Below are positions 17,373 to 24,236 of a stretch of 24,236 nt of DNA, one piece after another. The notes beneath the pieces were generated by a model. The model had not been told where the DNA came from, ran no database searches, and saw nothing but the letters and a program-made list of their open reading frames with translations. The position numbers were made by a program, and so were the translations under genes. Source of the DNA: Synechococcus sp. (GTDB lineage: Bacteria; Cyanobacteriota; Cyanobacteriia; Thermostichales; PCC-7336); contig JBFRWD010000118.1 in the NCBI GenBank assembly GCA_051439425.1, positions 1-24,236 on the forward strand, given 5' to 3'. The number at the start of each line of letters is the position of its first letter. Positions within the stretch are counted from its first letter, which is position 1.

Positions 17373-18197
17373 GGGATAGTCAAATTAATTATTCTCCAAA
17401 CAAGACACTGCTCTTCTGAGATTAGATGTGAGGCACTTATTTACGCTGCTGAATTCAAGCCAATCACATCACGCCAGCTCGCGAAGCACTAGCCCATTGC
17501 TTCCCAATATTCTGTGGTAGAGAGTTTGTGTTGATGGGGATGGAAATGTCCTTTAATGGGTTCGAACGCAGATAGAAACTGTTGCGGTTGACCGGGGGAT
17601 TTAAAGCACACCAATCAGTTTCTCCCTAAGTCTTGTCGGCCGGTGAGAATTTTTGGCTAGGTTGTTCAAACCCTTATGCTTCCTGTGGTCTACTCCTTTT
17701 AGTATCATCTTCATAGTCGCACTGTAGCTTCTCAGTTTGTCAGTCACGACAACCATTGACGAAACTGCTTATGGCTTGAGTAGTTTACGGAAGAATTTGT
17801 TGACAGCCCTCTGAATCATGCGAGTCTGCATCAAGATGTCAAGACCTTGCCCATGCTTGCCGACGGCTCGCCACAGATAGTATTTTTTAACGTTGATTTT
17901 CAACTCGACTTCGTCCAGGTGTCTTTTATCCGCTGGTTTTGGACATCGGCAACCTAGTTTGTTGGCATAGACCTGGGCGAACTTGCAGCACGCGCATCAT
18001 GGCTTCGTAAGCCGCATTGATGTCGCAACAGAGCATCATCTCCTCGATATCTCGGTAGCTCAAAGAGAACATGTAGTATGGGCAGCCACAGTACGAGATG
18101 ATCTCGGCAGAAAAGCGATGACGCTCGTAACTTATGCTCATCCTCAAAGCCCTATACAGAACGGCTCACAATGACAATGATTTAATTTGACGCTGCC
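17373..18197 (-). mobile_element. IS6-family insertion sequence, degenerate (825 bp)
   Basis: Imperfect terminal inverted repeats GGGATAGTCAAATTAA (17373) and TTAATTTGACGCTGCC (ending 18197) enclose a broken IS6 transposase; size is typical of IS6. Confidence 0.88.
17441..18141 (-). pseudogene. IS6-family transposase pseudogene
   Basis: Fragments YERHRFSAEIIS...FSLSYRDIEEMM, HLDEV...YLWRAV, VVTDKLRSY and HRKHKGLNN, separated by frameshifts and stops. Confidence 0.88.
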
Positions 18198-19069
18198 GTT
18201 GAAAGAGATCCATGGTACTAGCAAATTGAACACGAACCACAGAATAGCTTAATTGGTCAAATTACTAGTAAAACCAAAGAAAGAATGAAAAAATATTTGA
18301 CAGGCCTGGCCACCCTCAACACAAAAATAAGTAAATAATTAAAACACAGAAATATTTTTCACTGCATAGAATAAGGTGATCGAAAAGCAAATACTCTCTT
18401 TCTCATGAGAAAGAGAGTATTTGGATGTTACCGTTAATCTATTTGACGAATATACATTATTTTGAAAGTTCGACATATAGGCAAAGTAGGGTGCAATATA
18501 ATCATCAATGACAAGTAATCTCCGCACCTACATATTCCATTGAGATAAGGACTAATTAATGCAAATTTTAAGTTGTTGGCGAAGCTTCGATTTACGAAGA
18601 AAACAATCTACAGATTCATACGATTCAACTGTTCCTGAGCATAGCCAATAGAATAAAAATATTGGCAATTTTCCAGGAATGAGCATATACGAATAGTTTT
18701 GAGTATTCCAAATGCCAATCTAGTTGATGAAACAATCAAATGAACAGTCTCTATTTGACTTGAAGGAGAGATGCTTCGACCTGAGAGAATTTTAAAAATT
18801 TAGCACTATCAAAGCGACTAAATCCATCCTAACCTGTTGACACAAAATATCAATTCATTCTTCATAAAATCTGTTCATCCATTGAGCCAATGATTCTATT
18901 ATCAATATCTCCTCATAAGTTAAGTTTAAGTTGATAATGCCAACTAGTCGATTTCGGAGCCAATTATCAATAGTGCTTCCTTAGAAAGGTTTAAAGTTCT
19001 CTTTATTCATCATCTCTTTTGAAGCAGATCGAGTAAACAACTATTCCAAGTTAGGCAGTAAATTATACC

Positions 19070-19705
19070 ATGAAAATTCTTCGACTACCAAGAACTGCTC
19101 CACCGGCACCTGCAAGTCCTATGTTCGAAGTGTTCGGAAAAATTGATGCAAGTACTGTCATTGCTCCAATTGCTCTTGTTGTTATAGATAATGTGGCTGG
19201 CAGTTTTAATGTAAATTTGGGTCGACCGAATGGGGATTTAGTAGGGACAGAAATTCAATTCTCTGCGGTCCCCGCTGGAAAAATTACAAGTTATGACTTT
19301 CCACTTCCGGCTCCAGGTTTAAATCCAACAGTGACAGTCTCTCTAAATGATGGCCTTAATGTAAGTGCATGGCCTAGTGCAAGTGCCCCTGTGCCAGCTA
19401 GTGTGAAAGGAGGCGATCAGGTGTTCTTAGAAACTATCGAAAATAATGGTGATACAACTAGAATTCCTGCATACGTCGGTACACTTCAGCCTGGTAATCC
19501 GTCAGTAACTGATTCTTCGCTCGTAACAATTGAAAGTTATTTCCCTCCATCTAGAGCTGTGAGTGCATATACGGTTTCATTCAATAACTCTGTCCTCGCT
19601 GAATACATTGGTGCAAGAGTTATCCATGGGCCAACAAATAGTCTATTAGGAATGCTGTTGACTTCCGGACCAATTGGCTTGGTATATCCAGCTAGCAAAA
19701 TTTAA
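19070..19705 (+). CDS. Hypothetical Pro/Gly/Val-rich beta-type protein; possible inactive trypsin-like fold
   Basis: Intact 211-codon ORF in AT-rich DNA, no signal peptide; fold suggestion is inference only. Confidence 0.75.
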   Translation: MKILRLPRTAPPAPASPMFEVFGKIDASTVIAPIALVVIDNVAGSFNVNLGRPNGDLVGTEIQFSAVPAGKITSYDFPLPAPGLNPTVTVSLNDGLNVSAWPSASAPVPASVKGGDQVFLETIENNGDTTRIPAYVGTLQPGNPSVTDSSLVTIESYFPPSRAVSAYTVSFNNSVLAEYIGARVIHGPTNSLLGMLLTSGPIGLVYPASKI

Positions 19706-19996
19706 GTTATATCCATGACTTATTTTCATATAGTATCAAACATATATATATTTGAAATGACTTTTCTCTAATGAAAAGTTGATTGAGTATATGTTTATTT
19801 GATTGTTACATACATCAGAGTTTTATGGTCAATATATTCGTTTTTCATGCCAATATATGGCTTGAAAATTATTAGTTTTTTGAATGAAATTGCTCAAGCC
19901 ATCAGAGCATCATTTGACTAATTCAGCGACTTTTAATTTAATATCGCACTGGAATCGAAACTAGTCTTATTTCCTACAGGGTTGAGGAGCATTCTC

Positions 19997-21925
19997 ATGA
20001 AATCACTACTGATAAATTGCGGTTCTGTCTTTTTGTTGGCTGGGATGTGTTTATTCTCAAGTCAACTTGCACTTGCAGAGGGAGAAGACATGACTGAGGC
20101 TGAGGGGGAGAGTACTGAGAGCGGTATTCCTATTGCTGATTTGGCTGATGTTAGTCCGCTGTTCGCCGCGATTCAAGGGGGTGTTCTTGATTATGCTAAT
20201 GGCTCTGCAGTTGCTCGATTCAATTTAGGCTGGGAATATCTGCCTCTTGACGAGCAGCTTCAGATGTCAAGTTTACGTAATAACTCTGTTCCTATTGAGA
20301 TTGAAATTCCTAATTCTGCCTTCCAAGGTTCAGAATGGATAAATTATATTGAAAAGGAAGCAGAGAATGGGGCAGAGTTCAGGGATGCCTTGATCAAGAT
20401 GTATCGTCTCGGTGATAGTGCTTCTTTGCAAGAGATAGAAAAAGGAAATTCAGACTTATTATGTTTTAGTACTTTTTGGCTTGTTGATACACAATCGGCA
20501 TGTCCTTCTTCCTCTGATAATGCTGCTTCTATCATTGATGCAGTATCTTCTCAAGACTATTTTGGTCTTGTAAGGGATGCGACAGCTCTACGCTTCTTGT
20601 TAAGGAGTGAAGGAATAAACTTCCTTGTTCGGACTAATGGGAGCGATGGCCAAAGTCTCGATTCTGAACTGGAGAAGATAGAAGATATCACTTGGAGAAT
20701 CCGGTTATATCCTTTCATCATTCGGGGTGATGATCCTGAATCAGAAGAAGATGTCACATACTATCGTGTTGCTGTTGATGCAGTAACTGACGACCCTGTT
20801 CGTCGGAATGTTTTTGAGGTGTCCAGCTCTGAGAATGAAAATGAGTCAACTGATGAAATTACTGTTCAAGTATCCGTAAGCTTTAACGAATCTAATAATA
20901 CTGCTGGGCTATTTAATCCAATTTTGGGAACTAATGACTTGATGGTCTCCTTAGAGCAAGCAGTTCCTGAACCATTACGAAAGGAATTCGATAGTGATTC
21001 TAATGGTGAGGACCCTGCAGTTAGCTCCCTAAACAGAGTGTTCTCTATTGTTGGTGGTCAAACATTGGGGTCGATTGTTACTGGATTCTTGGGAGGTAGC
21101 CAGAATGGAACTGTGCTATCGGGCGGATTAATTGCTGGAGATCGCGTCCGGCCAGTTGTCGGTGCCAACTATGAGTTTAGTCCACGGGCTCGAGTTTCTG
21201 CAGGTATGGCTTTAGGGATTTCTCCAGGAGGTGAGAATGAATCTTTGTTTCTTGGTCCTAGTGTAAGAACCTCAATTTTTACTCTATCTGCTGGAGCTGC
21301 TGTTGCAGATGAGGATGATGCCCTTAATGTAGACCCTGCCGGAGTTATTTCCTTTGACCTGTCTCAACTATTAGGAGAAAGAGATGTTGTTCGTAACATA
21401 ACCGTCGATAATTCTGAAATGGGTGGTGATTGGGGTATTGCCTCAAACATACTATCGGAGAACGTAAGCGTAGCAGAAATTTCTGTTGATGCTTGTGGAG
21501 ATTCTGAACTACTCGCCGCACAACGTGACGGAAGTTTAAGGAGTGATGTAATTCTTTTAAGACAATTTGCCTCTAGAGATGAAACTCCTATTCCAGAAGA
21601 TATGCCTAGAGCACAAATAAGTCTGCCACTTCAGAAATTATTGGGTGAAACTGATAGTCGAAGATTTGTTCCGGCTGGTCTTTATTCTATCCCAGAAGAG
21701 CAATGGATATTCACGCTCAATAGTAATGATGATACTGAGTCCAATGACATCTCTTACCGCCTATATAACTTCTGCCCTGGAGGAGTTTCCGCAGCCATTG
21801 ACTCTAGGAATAATTATCGACTTAATCAACCCACCACCGCTACTAGTGCAACCCCGATAGATATTGCTTTTGCAAGATGCAATGGCACAACGGTGAAGTG
21901 TGAGGAAGATGATTCTGATGAGTAG
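19997..21925 (+). CDS. Large acidic secreted or envelope protein of unknown function
   Basis: GAGGAG RBS 7 nt before ATG 19997; Sec-type signal peptide ending ALA; six Cys in the mature part; no family recognised. Confidence 0.85.
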   Translation: MKSLLINCGSVFLLAGMCLFSSQLALAEGEDMTEAEGESTESGIPIADLADVSPLFAAIQGGVLDYANGSAVARFNLGWEYLPLDEQLQMSSLRNNSVPIEIEIPNSAFQGSEWINYIEKEAENGAEFRDALIKMYRLGDSASLQEIEKGNSDLLCFSTFWLVDTQSACPSSSDNAASIIDAVSSQDYFGLVRDATALRFLLRSEGINFLVRTNGSDGQSLDSELEKIEDITWRIRLYPFIIRGDDPESEEDVTYYRVAVDAVTDDPVRRNVFEVSSSENENESTDEITVQVSVSFNESNNTAGLFNPILGTNDLMVSLEQAVPEPLRKEFDSDSNGEDPAVSSLNRVFSIVGGQTLGSIVTGFLGGSQNGTVLSGGLIAGDRVRPVVGANYEFSPRARVSAGMALGISPGGENESLFLGPSVRTSIFTLSAGAAVADEDDALNVDPAGVISFDLSQLLGERDVVRNITVDNSEMGGDWGIASNILSENVSVAEISVDACGDSELLAAQRDGSLRSDVILLRQFASRDETPIPEDMPRAQISLPLQKLLGETDSRRFVPAGLYSIPEEQWIFTLNSNDDTESNDISYRLYNFCPGGVSAAIDSRNNYRLNQPTTATSATPIDIAFARCNGTTVKCEEDDSDE

Positions 21926-22115
21926 TAATCCAGGAGCTTCGAATTCCTAATACCGGAAGTAATCAATTCCTCTTTCTCTATTCCGTAAAACCTTGAGGAT
22001 GACAACTATATATCCCAGAAAAAAGGAATATTCTTTCCAAATTTTCTGGGTGAGACCTCTAGTTGTGCTGCCATTATAAGACATAGATAGTTTGACAAAA
22101 AACAAGCAAGACAAC

Positions 22116-23021
22116 ATGAATATAATTGACACAGCTACGCCCATAACCAGTCATATTAGTTGTTTGAAAGAAAACGGCTACAGTACGGTTATTCGATACT
22201 ATACGAGATATAGAGGCAATCCTAAACTGTTAAAAGTCCAGGAGGCAGAAGCAATATTAAGGGCAGGATTAAGCCTTGCTATTGTTTACCAGGACTACAA
22301 TAATTCACCCCGTAATTTCAGTAGAAGGAATGGATACCAAGCCGGTCAATTTGCTTATAAATATGCAAGAGATGAAATTGGTCAGCCTGAGTATTCGGCA
22401 ATCTACTTTGCTGTAGATTACGATGCATCCCAGGAAGAGCTTAACGCTAATATCTCAGAATATTTTAAAGGAGTTCAGGCTGCCTTTGAAGACCTTGCGG
22501 AAGGAGAAGAGCCCCTGTATCGGATAGGTGTATACGGCTCTGGACTAACATGCTCTACTCTACTAGCTCAAAACTTAGTCACTTTTACTTGGTTGTCTAT
22601 GTCCACAGGACACCGAGGATATGACAATTTTGAAGCCAGTAATCACTGGCATCTCAAACAGCTATATCCATCAACGACTGCTTGTGGGATTGCTGTTGAT
22701 GAGAATGTCAGTAACTCTGATTTTGGTGCATTTAGTTTTGCTTCAGAAGTTACTGGCAATGTATCTGGCACAGATACTATCTCTGAGAAAAAAAACGATC
22801 TAGAAAATACAGGAACTCCACAAAAACGCTATGAGGTTGTTGCTCGTAGGGGTTTAAGGCTTCGTTCCGGTCCTGGTTTGGATTTTGATACTCTTGAGGT
22901 CCTCCCAGTGAGCACTAAATTATATGTAACGAATTGGTCAGGAGAGTGGGCTGAGGTTGATTTGGAGGGCGATTTTTTAATTGATGGATGGGTTTTTGGG
23001 CGCTTTATTCGCGCCATTTAA
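22116..23021 (+). CDS. DUF1906 (Rv2525c-like) glycoside hydrolase fused to a bacterial SH3 domain; putative peptidoglycan hydrolase
   Basis: GYSTVIRYY, AIYFAVDYD, YRIGVYGSG, W..Q motifs; C-terminal GLRLRSGPGLDF...GEWAEVD...DGWV is SH3b-like. Confidence 0.85.
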   Translation: MNIIDTATPITSHISCLKENGYSTVIRYYTRYRGNPKLLKVQEAEAILRAGLSLAIVYQDYNNSPRNFSRRNGYQAGQFAYKYARDEIGQPEYSAIYFAVDYDASQEELNANISEYFKGVQAAFEDLAEGEEPLYRIGVYGSGLTCSTLLAQNLVTFTWLSMSTGHRGYDNFEASNHWHLKQLYPSTTACGIAVDENVSNSDFGAFSFASEVTGNVSGTDTISEKKNDLENTGTPQKRYEVVARRGLRLRSGPGLDFDTLEVLPVSTKLYVTNWSGEWAEVDLEGDFLIDGWVFGRFIRAI

Positions 23022-23170
23022 TAGAGCAACCGTTCAGTCATTCATCCTCTAAACTTTATCTCAACCCAATGAGTCAGTTTACATTATTGGATTTTATCGC
23101 TCATTGAGTTTTAGACATGTCTTTTTGATGTGACTGGCACATCGATTTGTTTCACTAAACTGGTAAAAAG

Positions 23171-23596
23171 ATGAGATTTTCACCTTACAGAGTTTTTACG
23201 CAATTCTTCCTTGACCCTACCCCTCCAGGTTCCTATGATTTCACAATTGCCCAGGGAAGTAATTTCCGTCCTTTGATTCCTGTGAATGACGGGGGAGAAA
23301 TTATTTTTGCCCGCCCTTTGGGTGGTTATGGGAACTATGTGGCGATTCGTGGAGACTCTGGTTTTACCTATGTCTATACACACTTGGATCGTATTGATGT
23401 GTCCTTGGGGCAAAGACTGAGTAAGTTTGATCCAATTGGAACTCAGGGAACAACTGGCAATTCAACGGGTGAGCATATACATATGGAGGTCTGGACAAGG
23501 CCTTTAGCAGATGGAGGGTCTCGTATCGTAGATAGAGCTATTACTAGACCACTTATTGAGGCTTATATTCAGGAACTGAGGGATGGTAATCCATGA
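23171..23596 (+). CDS. Stand-alone M23-family peptidase domain (atypical)
   Basis: GGYGNYVAI, YVYTHLD, VSLGQ, IGTQGTTGNSTGEHIHMEV. Confidence 0.85.
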   Translation: MRFSPYRVFTQFFLDPTPPGSYDFTIAQGSNFRPLIPVNDGGEIIFARPLGGYGNYVAIRGDSGFTYVYTHLDRIDVSLGQRLSKFDPIGTQGTTGNSTGEHIHMEVWTRPLADGGSRIVDRAITRPLIEAYIQELRDGNP

Positions 23597-23642
23597 GGTT
23601 TTCTAGCTTAGGAGATCTTTCATGAGAGACAGTGCTCTTTAG

Positions 23643-24029
23643 GGGATTGTCAAATTAATTAGTTTTTCGCCAAACCAGACACCGCTCTTCTGAGATTAGG
23701 TGTGAGGCACTGATTTAAGCAGCAACTTTTAAGATCGTCACTTCCTGTCAGCTCTCGAATCGCTGGCTCATCGTTTCTCGAGATTGGATTGCGCTGAGTT
23801 TGTATTGATGGGGGTGGAAGTGTTTTCTAATATCATTAAATCACGAGAAAAACCTTTGTCCTTCTCCCTGAGATTTGAACCGTCCCATCCGCCTCTACCT
23901 GAGTCTTGTTGGTCGGTGTGAATTATCAGCTCGGTTGTTCCAACTTCTTTATTCTGTCTGTGTATCCCATTAACCACCTTCCTCATGGCAGCACAGTAGC
24001 TTCTGAGTTTGTCAGTAATCATGACTCTA
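23643..24029 (-). mobile_element. IS6-family remnant (3' part of transposase plus terminal repeat)
   Basis: Terminal repeat GGGATTGTCAAATTAA at 23643 and the next ~70 bp match 17373-17445; frameshifted transposase fragments RVMITDKLRSY, NNRADNSHRPTR and RRMGRFKS. Confidence 0.85.
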
Positions 24030-24236
24030 CTGACATTTTGCACCTGATGCCTACAACCGCTGGGAAAGGTATATCAGCAGAGATGTAAGCCGTAATCGAG
24101 ATGACCGGTCTGCTCTCACCAACTCACGTGCTGTTGGTCTCGTTGCTGTCGCAACTGAGCACGAGTTATCAGCAAGAGAATTTCCAATCACTCCTGGCGT
24201 CTTTGCTGGGGAACAAAGACAAGACGTTGGCAGCCA
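24030..24236 (+). mobile_element. Left end of a probable IS701-like element; transposase N-terminus starts at 24101 and runs off the window
   Basis: IS6 homology stops at CTGACATTTTGCACC. ATG 24101 opens MTGLLSPTHVLLVSLLSQLSTSYQQENFQSLLASLLG, resembling N-termini of cyanobacterial IS701-like transposases as I recall them. Confidence 0.55.

Noticed and set aside
17363..18207. Target-site duplication around the first IS6
   Set aside because: Flanks (CTTGGTCC and GTTGAAAG) do not match; the far end of the second IS6 is outside the window, so a composite-element duplication cannot be tested.
21947..22144. 65-aa hydrophobic minus-strand ORF as a holin
   Set aside because: Antisense to the cassette and overlapping the hydrolase start; hydrophobicity is expected from the reverse complement of A-rich DNA.
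19070..23596. Prophage, eCIS/T6SS or anti-phage defence assignment for the cassette
   Set aside because: No integrase, capsid, tail, sheath, VgrG/PAAR, nuclease, NTPase, TIR or SIR2 motifs were recognisable in the window.

Overview
Cyanobacterial chromosomal segment: HIP1 octamers GCGATCGC are frequent up to about 15.3 kb, and cp12, sipA and a PDPRWA-type RNA-binding protein are present. Bases 1 to about 17.3 kb are mostly housekeeping genes: partial chromate transporter, cp12, a thioredoxin-like thylakoid protein, ssb, an FHA protein, a probable 6S RNA, an SLC13/TrkA-C permease, a VOC protein, an alpha/beta hydrolase, an SphS/PhoR-like kinase, rqcH (NFACT) bracketed by two ~125-bp direct repeats, a YabN-like mazG, DUF2949, sipA, pdhC, an rbp3-like gene and an HTH-GrpE-like fusion. 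From 17373 the window becomes an accessory island. A degenerate IS6 element is followed by ~5.4 kb of AT-rich, HIP1-free DNA carrying four co-oriented genes: a possible catalytically dead trypsin-fold protein, a large acidic secreted protein with a beta-strand-rich core, a DUF1906+SH3 wall hydrolase and an atypical M23 domain. A second IS6 remnant follows, apparently interrupted by an IS701-like element that runs off the window. The four-gene envelope cassette is the best candidate for an undescribed system. All family calls come from motif recognition by eye; no database searches were run.
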